A stretch of 64,000 bases of DNA from the NCBI RefSeq assembly GCF_009914755.1, contig NC_060947.1; one strand, written 5' to 3'. Position 1 is the stretch's first letter; every line of letters starts with the position of its first letter. This DNA comes from the human T2T-CHM13v2.0 reference genome, Homo sapiens. Shown here piece by piece: positions 12,166 through 24,012 of the stretch. Position numbers and translations under genes: made by a program. The notes under the pieces were generated by a model that was not told where the DNA came from, did not search any database, and was given only the letters and a program-made list of their open reading frames with translations.

Positions 12166-12429
12166 GCCAGGGCTCGACCCACAGAGCACCCTCAGCCATC
12201 GCGAGTTTCCGGGCGCCAAAGCCAGGAGAAGCCGCCCATCCCGCAGGGCCGGTCTGCCAGCGAGACGAGAGTTGGCGAGGGCGGAGGAGTGCCGGGAATC
12301 CCGCCACACCGGCTATAGCCAGGCCCCCAGCGCGGGCCTTGGAGAGCGCGTGAAGGCGGGCATCCCCTTGACCCGGCCGACCATCCCCGTGCCCCTGCGT
12401 CCCTGCGCTCCAACGTCCGCGCGGCCACC

Positions 12430-12981
12430 ATGATGCAAATCTGCGACACCTACAACCAGAAGCACTCGCTCTTTAACGCCATGAATCGCTTCATTGGCGC
12501 CGTGAACAACATGGACCAGACGGTGATGGTGCCCAGCTTGCTGCGCGACGTGCCCCTGGCTGACCCCGGGTTAGACAACGATGTTGGCGTGGAGGTAGGC
12601 GGCAGTGGCGGCTGCCTGGAGGAGCGCACGCCCCCAGTCCCCGACTCGGGAAGCGCCAATGGCAGCTTTTTCGCGCCCTCTCGGGACATGTACAGCCACT
12701 ACGTGCTTCTCAAGTCCATCCGCAACGACATCGAGTGGGGGGTCCTGCACCAGCCGCCTCCACCGGCTGGGAGCGAGGAGGGCAGTGCCTGGAAGTCCAA
12801 GGACATCCTGGTGGACCTGGGCCACTTGGAGGGTGCGGACGCCGGCGAAGAAGACCTGGAACAGCAGTTCCACTACCACCTGCGCGGGCTGCACACTGTG
12901 CTCTCGAAACTCACGCGCAAAGCCAACATCCTCACTAACAGATACAAGCAGGAGATCGGCTTCGGCAATTGGGGCCACTGA
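12430..12981 (+). CDS. MID1IP1: MID1-interacting protein 1 (MIG12/Spot14-R), THRSP/Spot14 family, 183 aa
   Basis: Kozak gccaccATG; Spot14-family blocks [48 protein letters not shown] and C-terminal zipper [30 protein letters not shown]; recognised as the human protein. Confidence 0.98.
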   Translation: MMQICDTYNQKHSLFNAMNRFIGAVNNMDQTVMVPSLLRDVPLADPGLDNDVGVEVGGSGGCLEERTPPVPDSGSANGSFFAPSRDMYSHYVLLKSIRNDIEWGVLHQPPPPAGSEEGSAWKSKDILVDLGHLEGADAGEEDLEQQFHYHLRGLHTVLSKLTRKANILTNRYKQEIGFGNWGH

Positions 12982-13902
12982 GGCGTGGCGCCCGTGGCTG
13001 CCCAGCACCTTCTTCGACCCATCTCACCCTCTCTCATTCCTCAAAGCTTTTTTTTTTTTTCCTGGCTGGGGGGCGGGAAGGGCAGACTGCAAACTGGGGG
13101 GCTGCGTACGTGCAGGAGGCGCGGTGGGGCTGCGTGGAGGAGGGGGCCACGTGTGAGAGAGAAGAAAATGGTGGCCGGAGATGGGAGGGCCCAAGGAACC
13201 TCCTGGGAGGGGGCCTGCATTCTATGTTGGTGGGAATGGGACTGGGCTGACGCCCTGCATTCAGCCTGTGCCTTTCCTGGGGTTTCTTTTCTGTTCTTTT
13301 CGGAGGAGAGGGCCCGAGAAGGGGCCATACCAGGGCGCGGCGCTGGGTTGCCACACTTGGGAAAGCAGCCCGGAGCTGGGTGCTGGGGAAGGCGGGGCGC
13401 GTAGCCTCCCGCCGCCCTGCGGTTGGGCCGGTGGAGGCCCAGGCGTTGCTAGGATTGCATCAGTTTTCCTGTTTGCACTATTTCTTTTTGTAACATTGGC
13501 CCTGTGTGAAGTATTTCGAATCTCCTCCTTGCTCTGAAACTTCAGCGATTCCATTGTGATAAGCGCACAAACAGCACTGTCTGTCGGTAATCGGTACTAC
13601 TTTATTAATGATTTTCTGTTACACTGTATAGTAGTCCTATGGCACCCCCACCCCATCCCTTTCGTGCCACTCCCGTCCCCACCCCCACCCCAGTGTGTAT
13701 AAGCTGGCATTTCGCCAGCTTGTACGTAGCTTGCCACTCAGTGAAAATAATAACATTATTATGAGAAAGTGGACTTAACCGAAATGGAACCAACTGACAT
13801 TCTATCGTGTTGTACATAGAATGATGAAGGGTTCCACTGTTGTTGTATGTCTTAAATTTATTTAAAACTTTTTTTAATCCAGATGTAGACTATATTCTAA
13901 AA

Positions 13903-14035
13903 AATAAAAAAGCAAATGTGTCAACTAAATTGGACAAGCGTCTGGTCCTCATTAATCTGCCAATGAATGGTTTCGTCATTAAATAAAAATCAATTTAATT
14001 GATTTACTAGCAAAAGTAAATTTTGTGTTCTCTCT
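13903..14035 (+). terminator. MID1IP1: MID1IP1 polyadenylation region (AATAAA at 13903 and 13982)
   Basis: Two canonical hexamers; the second overlaps ATTAAA and is followed by a U/GU-rich element (ttttgtgttc at 14021), so cleavage is likely near 14005-14012. Confidence 0.8.
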
Positions 14036-15247
14036 GGTATTTCATGGTGGTGGATATTCATCTGTGCAAGTATTTAGCTTTGTTTGGGAACTAGGTACTG
14101 ACAAAATTTACTTCCAAACTTTATTTCTAATTCAGTACCAAGATAAGACCATACATCTCAACAAAAAGTTCAGAAATATTTAAAATATTTGGGAAGGTAC
14201 ATATATTGTATCTTTCAACCAATTTGGCTAACTTATTGGAGTGCGTAATTAACATTTTGAATTTTTTAAGAAGCTCAAGCACAAGCTAAAGTGTTTTGAG
14301 GCATAAAAACAAGGCTGAAATTTCACTTGGTTACTGAGAAGTGAAAATTAGAAGGGAAGACCAGCTAATCCTAGTGCACACACCTTACAGGTTTTTATGT
14401 TTATCTGAGTAGACATTTAAATGCATTACAACATGATCGATGACTTCTTTCACTAGTTCCAAAAAGGGCTAAGCTTTGTTGAGCGGCGTCCAGTAATGCT
14501 TCCAGTTTTTCAGTGAGCCAGTCTGCAATTGTGGACAGCAGTTCTGATCAAGGCTGCTGTGGAGCCCTTGGGAATGCTTAGGTGCCATTATGATGCTCTG
14601 CTGGGATGGTGGGAAAGGTAAAAGAATGTGCTCTGCATATTCTTTATTTCATTATTTGTTTTGGGGTATAAATGTCAGATCAACTTGTTGAAGTCATGAG
14701 GCATTCTCTAAGCTCGTAGGGCTTGAATTTAAAATACATATAAGTTAGCGGTCTTAAAAAACAAGCAAAATGTTTTGTGGTGCTGGCGGGCAGGGGCAGT
14801 TCAAGTCTATCAGCTTTTAGCAGCAGTGAAAAAAAATGTGGAAGTGTCAAGATGGGTGCTTGCCAGTTGCCAGAGAAAGTTAATCTTTAATTTGTATAAA
14901 GATAAGCTAGGCAGCACCAAAAGTAAGGCATACAGCCTCTTGTCTCGTGTCCCCTTTAAAATATCAAAGTGCAAGCAAAAAATAAAGGAAACTGAAAAAA
15001 AGAAAAAAGCTGCATGGTAGAAACACAAAGACTTTCAAAGACTTTGGAGCCAGAAACTGTGCAAATCCTCTTGCTACTAATTGTGTGCATTTAACTTCAT
15101 GCCTGTTGCCACATTAGTAATCAGGCATAAAAATAACTACACTGCTTCATGGAGTTGCAGTGAGAATTAAATGAGATTATATATAAAGTGTTTGAGGCTT
15201 AAAATTTTCTTTAGGCACTGCTGAAATGCTTTACAAGTTTCTCTCTT

Positions 15248-16092
15248 TTTTGATGTTTACAGTGATTACATTTATCTAAGCAACTTTCATACATGTTCAG
15301 TTTTAACATATTGACTACTCTGACAAATATGCTTAAAAAAAGCAATAACATTATAGAGTTAATGCAGAGTCCTAAGGATAGTCTAGTAGCCACTAAGTTT
15401 TTTCTTAAGTCTTCACTTTAGATGCTGTTATTTCTAGCACAAGCAAGCAGAGTCTTTCATATGCTTACACCCTGGAGTCTTTGGTTGCTACCATTATCAG
15501 CTGGCTTGCAAACCAGAAGCCAACCATTTTAGGAATGCTTTAAGTGAACAACATGCAAACCCCAGGGATGGAAAAAACCCTAAGAATGCCCAATTATGAG
15601 CATTTACAACCATCACAACTGTGGCTGAAGACTATGCCCTTCTGAAATGAGATCTTAAAGCAGTATAGTTTGAAACAAAAGGTTTTAGCAAAAAAATGAC
15701 ATATGCACAATTTCTCCACCACTTTGTGTGAGTCAACCATTTAGTTAACTTTTCCACTTGAAAAAATGCAATAGAAAACCGGACACCATGTTTCACTATC
15801 TCAGTTAATATTCACAATTACAGTGGCTACAACTCGGAAACGGCATCACCAATGCTGCCCAGAGTCACTTTATATTGAAATTAAGTTCTTTACACCAATT
15901 AAATGGTTGTTTACAACCACTGGCTAGTGTACACAGGAAATAAAATTTCTAGATTGGGGGGGGAAACAAATGCTGCTCCAATCATCTCCTCTGCTGCTTC
16001 TGTTCCTCAATTCATGCTTAAAAACCTTTCATGTTACTCTTGGTTTTGTCCGTTTGCTTGCCTGTGGGGGTTTGGGCCTGCTGACCTGCACA
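15248..16092 (-). pseudogene. 5'-truncated processed pseudogene (retrocopy) of CSNK1A1: last 22 codons plus 3'UTR
   Basis: Minus strand 16086..16018 translates to [22 protein letters not shown], the CK1-alpha C-terminus; followed by ~770 nt resembling the recalled CSNK1A1 3'UTR, a short A-run and TSD TTTCTCTCTT at 15238-15247 and 16093-16102. Confidence 0.9.
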
Positions 16093-18019
16093 TTTCTCTC
16101 TTAAACTAAATGTTGTTTCGTGTCTCCATTTCTGCCCCCACCCTACATTCTTCGTGAATATATGAGGCTTAGGACAATATGTCCATTTTAAGGAAAAGCA
16201 TAATTTTAATTACATACGTGAAGCAACAAGTAAATTATTTCCTTTCTCAAAGCCATGAAGGAGAACTTGACTTAAAACCAAAAATAAATAAATAAATAAA
16301 AATTAAAAAATCACAGTTTGGGCAAGTGATAGCAAGAACTTTGGGGACATTCACTGAAAGTTGTTTTTGGAATATTATTGCAGTATATATAATACAGAAA
16401 AGTACATGTAGATAGAAAAACTAAACTCTAAAGAGTTATCAATTATTAACTTTATTTTTGAAAATATTTCTTCATGTAAGAGACTTTTTATATATAAACA
16501 GTGATTCTGACCTAGGAGTAATGATGCTCGCTGTTAAAAGAGCATTGGGATATTTATGAACCAATAAGGTTTCCGGGCCCAGTAAGTACTATTCCACTAG
16601 TGGTAACTACTATTTTATTCCAGATCAGTTTGTGAAACAAAATTAGGACAAATTCCCAAAAGATTTACCAGTTAAAACTTCGCAAGCTATTGAAAATTTT
16701 GCTTAACCTCTGAGGTAAACAATAAGTGACTTCATATTTTCAGAAGGTCTTTCCTGAGGAATCTCAAAGTCACTTATAGATTTTACGAGTTGAATAAAGT
16801 TGAATTTTAAGAATCGAATACAATGTGTGGCATACCCCTCAGAGAGCTCTCAGAGATACTGTTGCTCTCTGACAGTGCCCATCTCCATGGCAGTTTATGA
16901 CTAAAGGGAAGGCACAGATAGATGAACTGGGCAAAAAGGAACAGCTTAGATTGCAATTGATTACCCTCCAGATATTTACATTTGATAAGAATGTAAGAAT
17001 TTTTTACATCAAAATCTTGTACCAAAGCTTCTGAGAAGGCCTGGTTTTGCCCCTAAACACAGCTTTCTGCTTTGTTCACATGGGGAATTTCATGTTTTAC
17101 ATTTATACAATGTTTCTTAGTGGTCTGGCCTAATTTACTCTTTCTGTGAACCTGAAAACAGTTTGTTAGAGAGCATGCCATAATTACTCTTTTGACCAAC
17201 TTGAAAACTAGCCTGCTGTTGACAATTTTTTTAATTTTTAAATGAAGGTTATTGGCATTTGCATATGCCTCATCATTTCCCCTTATTTTTAGTTACTGAG
17301 CAAAAATCATTTGAAAAATAGTGCCTCTCCTCTCTCCCTTTCTCTCTCTTTCTCTCTCTTTGTCTCTCTCCCTCCCCCGGTCCCTTCCTCCCTCTGTTCT
17401 GCATTGCCAATGGTTCTCAGATGTTTGCAAATTGGACACAGTTCTGGTGGATTCAGAGCTCAAATCTCAAACAATGTACCTTTTTCCCCAAAGCTATTTA
17501 TCTTTTGATGGTACATCTAGTACATTTTTACCAATCATTGCATCTTTCTTTGATTTATTTTGAAGAGTTTTGGATACAATAATGACAGAAGGAATGTTTT
17601 CTTTTAAAGTTTTGGAGATAATGTTTTGCTCCCAACTAATAAAAAAACTTGATTGCAAGTTTTTGAAAACTCTAAAGATGTAGCATATTGGATTTGTTTC
17701 TTAAAATTAATTACTAGTCTTTTTAAAGTTGATAAGTTTATGTAGCTTCTAATCAAGGCTAAATTGCTTAATTACTAAAATAATTTAAACTTAAAATTAT
17801 TTATTTTTTCTTTTAAGGCCAGGCATAGTCTTTTTTTTTTTTTTTTAATAACTCAAGGAAATGTAAAGATTGTTCTTGAGTCACTTCAAACACTTTCACT
17901 AGGCCTCTAGCTAGTTTACTTGGAGCTGTGTAGTACTTTCTGATAGGTGGTGGACATGATGGTAATGTATTACCAACAACTGTTTTTGTCTCTGAAAACT
18001 AGTATTATCTTTTGACTCA

Positions 18020-18410
18020 TGCAAATCTCATGCCCAGGACTCTCCACTATACAAGACCCCAACTCTGACTGTCGTAAGGCCTTGCCACTCTCCATGGGGC
18101 AGAAAATCCTCAGAGCCAAAGGAATGTCCAGAACTGTGTCCCGACTTCTAGACCACACTCTGGGCACTTGGATACCCAGAGTTCCCTGTCCAAATGGCTC
18201 TGATCCCATTCCAGGGATTTCATAGGCATCTGTCCTGGGTGTATTCTCCAGTGGTAGATGAGCTGCTGACGTGTGCACCCCTAGGCCTGGGGCTTGGTGG
18301 GGAGCTGTGGATGGAGCTTGGACATGCAGACTGGGCTGTCCATATTTGTGCATACAAGGCCTTTTGTGGTGCAGAATGGATCTTTTGGTAGGAAGATAAG
18401 GAGATGGAGC
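18020..18410 (+). mobile_element. MER115-like hAT-Tip100 DNA transposon remnant
   Basis: ttctagaccacactctgggcac...ttccctgtccaaatggc...gtgtgcacccctaggcc...gtggatggagcttggacatgc match recalled MER115. Confidence 0.55.
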
Positions 18411-20637
18411 AGAGGCTGGAGATTCCTGTTTTGTTCTCTTGCCCTATCTCCCTGAGTTTCAGGACAAACAAAGGGGTTGAAGACTGCAGAAAGGAAACAA
18501 GAGCAGCTCAAGCTTTAAGGTCTTTTTTGGTTTCAACAAATGAGGATTCCATGCTTTTTCTCCCTATTGCCCACATACCTCAGGAGTCACCTTGCTCCAC
18601 TGAAGAATCATATTTAATTAATAAAATGTTGATTGAGGAAAATAAAACCCACATCTGTATACAGAACTCTTCCAGCTGCTATTCAGTGCTTGAATAGTGG
18701 TGATTGCAGCAAAGGTAGTTATTCTGGACTCAGATACATCTTCCCTACAACCACGAGGATTTCACCTCCCCAAATAGTCTTTCATCTTTTTTCTTTTTTT
18801 CTTGATTGAGTTAGCTGTTTTCTTTTTGTGTTAAAAGTCTTGGTCAAGTTAAAGCAGAAAACGGAGAGTTGTGCATCTGTCTAAAGAAATCCCCTAAAAC
18901 CACGACTATCTTATCAATCCTTCCTGTTTTGGCATTCTGTACTTTAAAGAGAAACATTTTTTTTTGTAACTTCCACTGCTTTTTGTTATATTTTATTACT
19001 TCTTTGTCTATTCTTCCAGAATGCTTTGCCTAGCAGTTTTCAAAACATATCTGCCAAGGTGCCCAATTTGAATAATCCCAAACTGGTAAGAATTTGGATT
19101 GTAGAATATCCTAATCACCTAGTTAAGAACAGGATTGCACATGAGAACTTTCTGACCTTGGACTGTCTAGAGAACACTTTCTCCACCATGGTTACATGCA
19201 CGGTAGATAATAAGACTAGGAAATCACTAGCAAAACATAGAAACCAGTTCTTTATTTTACCTAGCACAATAAACAATGTTGGAGGTGGGGCATTTTCTAA
19301 AATCTATTTTACTTTTCAATATCAATATTACTGGTGTTGATATGTGCACTTTTATCAATGAGCATTCAGTTGAAACTGGACATGATTCATTTGATGTTGT
19401 CAAAAATAGAAACTAACTTTGTGGGGTTGTTTTTTTTTTTCCTCCTTTTGAATACCACACTGCTGAGGTAAAGAATGTCATAGCTTGTGGGCGAGCTCAG
19501 TAGGGCCAATTAAAACCTGGCTACTCTTCCACCATTTTGAAATACCTGACAGAACTTGCTGGGGCCTTGTTTCTCCCTTCTTAGATACCTAATTGAGGAG
19601 ATTTCCTGTTTGGTAGTCAAGGAAAGATGAAAACGAAAGTACCACATTGCTGGTTCTGACCAAGGTATTTAAAATTGTCCAGTTGTTCACAATGCAATAT
19701 TAATTTTAACCCTGCTTTAAAAAATGAAATGTAGACATTGTGAAAGAATACATACATGTTCTATAGTAGCCAAAGTATGTGTAGAATGCAAGGAGCGTGG
19801 TTAGTGTAGATTAGTCATTCAAAAGAAGGTGTAGTATTTTATAACATCTAATTGACATTGCAGCTTATAACTCACAGATGCTTTGAGGATATAATTTTGT
19901 TTCTGTTGTGATAAGTGCTTGTTGATAATTTCTTCATAGCTTAAATGTTTTTAGGGAAGTGCCAATTTAGATGGTTAAGTCTTGTGTTGGGGTCTGGGAG
20001 GAATCTCAAGAACCAGCAGCCCTTTTCTTCTAGTGGGTTTGGGAGCAGAAGAAAATGCCTGCTCCCTGCAGCCATATTGGCTCCATGTGGAAAAAAGGAG
20101 GCACCAAGACAAGCCTGTCTAATATAGTCTTTCCAAATTTTCCAGATGTGGTTCTTCACTCCCCCATCCTGGGTCAGTGTGAGTAACAGGAGTGATGGAG
20201 AAAGGCAAAATATGTTTCAGGACATTCCTGGCCATTGGAAACCTGAAGAGTGGGGAGAAATTGTTCTCTTCTGATAGCCAGCTGTGATACCTTTTTCTCT
20301 GACTCGAAAGGCAACAAATATTAAGTAGAAGCATATGAAATTGCCATTTTTGTTGATCAACCAACATGGTCATTTTGTTGGTCAACCAAAATGGTTGAAT
20401 GCTCCCTGATTTCAGCAGTTAGATACCCCTCTTGTGGGTGTGCTATAGTATTTTCCCATCATTTTATGAAACTATTTTTCACTAACTCAGAGTTGGCCTG
20501 ATGTTGAGGTAGAAGGGGTAGGGGACAAAAGGAGATAGGGGGTGGGGCAGGGAGGATATTATATAAAGGAGACAAATAGAATGGAAGAAAGAGGAGGATA
20601 TACAGATAAAGCGAGGGAATGAAAAAGTGGCAGAGAG

Positions 20638-21180
20638 TCTGTGGCAAATTGTATTTTCTAAAACTGGATGCAAAGTTATTTCCAACCCTACATGTACTTC
20701 TACAACCTTGCCACCTTCCTTCAAGAGGTAGAATCTCTGTCTCCACCAATCAAATTTAGGTGGGGCTTTGTGGGCTGTCTTGACAAAATGAATGTGGCTG
20801 TCACTTCCAAGGCCAGGCTATAAAAGGTGGTATATCATCCTCTTGTATGAGATGTGTGACTCAATATTGAGATGCTGGCTCTTGGAACCCAGCTACCATG
20901 CTGGAGGAAGCCCAGGCCACATAGAGAGGCCACCTGTAGGTATTCCAGCAGACTGCACCACTGAGGTCCTAGCCAACAGGCACCATCAACTGCTAAACAT
21001 GTGAGGATGCCTTCAAATGATTCTAGCCCCCAGCTTTCAAGCCACCCCAGTTGATGCCAAGTAGAACAGAGACAAGCTGTCCCCGTTGAGCCCTGCCCAA
21101 ATTTCAGACTTATGTGCAAAATATTTTTATTCTTTAAACCACTGAGTGGTTTGTTACACAGCAATGGATAACTGGAACAG
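20638..21180 (+). mobile_element. MaLR LTR (old MLT1, G/H-like)
   Basis: cttccaaggccaggctataaaagg, ttcaaatgattctagccccc, ttgttacacagcaatggataactggaaca terminus. Confidence 0.75.
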
Positions 21181-21419
21181 AGACATTTTTTTCCAGATTT
21201 CAGGAGAGTGTAGAACTAAATGGAAACAATTGAAAGTAGAATGTAATCTATGGAGCAGGATCTGTTCTATCTCATTTACCTGAGTAGCCACTTATAATAA
21301 ACCTGGAAGCTTTGGAAACATTTATCTAATGGCTGGCATTGAGAACAGAAGGATTTGAAGTGATGGATGATGAGAGAGGTGCTCAAAGTAACATTTTACA
21401 ATGCTGTGAAAACTCAGCA

Positions 21420-21940
21420 TGGTAGGCAGAATAATGGCCCACCACAGATGTCCATATTCCATTCACTGGAACCTGTGAGTATGTTACCTTGCGTGGCAAG
21501 GGATAATTAAGGTTGCAGATGTGATTAAGGTTGTTAATCGCCTGACCTTCTGATAGGGAGATCATCCTGGATTATGGCCTTGTATGGGTCCTTGATGGAC
21601 CCAATGTAATCACAAAGTCCTTTAAAAGATGGAAGTAGGAGGCAGAAGAGTCAAAATCAGAAGGATGTAGCATGAGAATGACTCCATTTGCCATTTCTGG
21701 CTGTGAAGATGGAAGAAGGGGCCATGAGCCAAGAAATGTAGGCAGCCTCTAGAAGCTGGAAAAGGCAAGAAAACATTCTCCTCAAAGCCTTGAGAAGGCG
21801 TGCAGCCTTGCCAACACCTTGATTTTAGCCCAGTGAGACCCATTCTAGACTTCTGACTTCCAGAACTGTTAGATAATAATCTTGTGTTGTTTTAAGCCAC
21901 CATGTTAGTGAGAATTTCCTGCAGAAGCAATAGGAAACTT
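21420..21940 (+). mobile_element. MaLR LTR (MLT1C/D-like)
   Basis: tggtaggcagaataatggccc, cctctagaagctggaaaaggcaagaaaac, tgttttaagccac...gcaataggaaact. Confidence 0.85.
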
Positions 21941-22449
21941 ATTTTAGTTTTCTATTGGTATCTAGCATATGGCCAGGAAACAAAAAGGTTATATATTCTT
22001 GGCACCTAATCCATTTGTTGCCTTTTGGATGGTTAAAATAGAATTTCTAGCACAACAACCTATTGAAACAGTACTAAAAGGTCCTTTTTGTCTTGTTTTG
22101 TGAAGGAAACTTGATTTTTCTTTTAAGCTCTAATCTTGGTGACAGTGGCTCTGCATAAAAAGATACTACTTATGGTGCTGTCATTGTATTACTAAAAACC
22201 TTGCTTCAAATATAGCAGCACTATTTATTATGTATTTGTGATTAAGATCTTAGACCCAACTTCTCTTTCTTCATGCACCATTCTTACTTCTTTCCTTTCA
22301 AAACATTTTGTGATTCTTTTGTGTAGCATTTATTTCTGTAGCCTCCATTTCATTATTATTTTTGTTTTTTATTGCCATATAATTGCACATAATAAATGCA
22401 CAGATATTACATATATAGTTTAAGTTTTGATAAATGCATACAGCCATGA

Positions 22450-23274
<825 letters not shown>

Positions 23275-23615
23275 TGAACTTCATATTAAGAGAGTCGTAC
23301 AGTGTGTTCTCTTTGATGTCTTGCTTCTTTCACTTAACATAATATTTTTGAGATTTACCCATGTTCTCGCATAAGTCAGTAGTTCATTCCTTTTTATTGC
23401 TGAGTAGTTTTCCATTTTATAAACGTCCATGACTTGTTTATTCATTCTTTTGTTGATGGACATTAAAGTTGTTTTCATTTTTTTTTTTAGCTATCATGCA
23501 CAAAGCTGTAAATAATATTCTAGTGCAAGCCTTTCTTTTTTGTTTTTGATAAATGCATAGAAGTGAGATTGCTAGTTCAAAAGATAGGTATGTATTTAAC
23601 TTTATAAGAAACTTC

Positions 23616-24012
23616 TTTAAATGAAAAACCTTACACAAATTAAATTTAGCAGAGTTTAATTGAGCAGAGAATGATTTGTGAATCAGGCAGCCCCTGAACC
23701 AGAAAGGGTTCATTCAGAGAGACTGGTGCGCTGCCGAGTGGTTGAAGATTTGTGGACAGAAAAAGGAAAGTGATGTTCAGAAAATGGAAGTGAGGTACAG
23801 AAACAGCTGGATTGGTTACAGCTTGGTGTTTGCCTTATTTGAGCACAGTTTGAACAGTTGGCCACCTCTGATTGGCCAAAACTCGGTGATTGGCAGGAGA
23901 GTAGGTTGCAGTCAGTTTACACATCCAGTTAGGTTACAGTTCACTATGTAAAATCTTTAGCCTGAACTTAAAATGTGTCAGGAAGCAGCTTTAGGCTAAA
24001 CTTAATTTAACA
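23616..24012 (-). mobile_element. MER57-like ERV1 solo LTR
   Basis: Reverse complement begins tgttaaattaagtttagcctaaagctgc, the recalled MER57 5' end; several CCAAT boxes. Confidence 0.75.

Larger units (their letters stand above)
11100..13450. promoter_or_regulatory. CpG island spanning proximal promoter, CDS and proximal 3'UTR
   Basis: Very high GC and CpG density against an AT-rich, CpG-depleted background. Confidence 0.9.

Noticed and set aside
12316-12429. N-terminal extension of MID1IP1 from a non-AUG start
   Set aside because: In-frame TAG at 12316 limits it to 37 codons, and the in-frame CTG at 12403 has weak context.
12979-12990. Stop-codon read-through
   Set aside because: Context is TGA-GGC, not the UGA-CUAG read-through motif.
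12605-13156. 183-aa alternative-frame ORF overlapping MID1IP1 (first ATG at 12659)
   Set aside because: Listed start is GTG; the first AUG lies behind several upstream AUGs including a strong Kozak start; low-complexity product typical of a GC-rich off-frame.
11168-13554. Numerous other 60-150 aa ORFs across the CpG island
   Set aside because: Pro/Arg/Gly-rich ORFs in all frames are expected from stop-codon scarcity at high GC.
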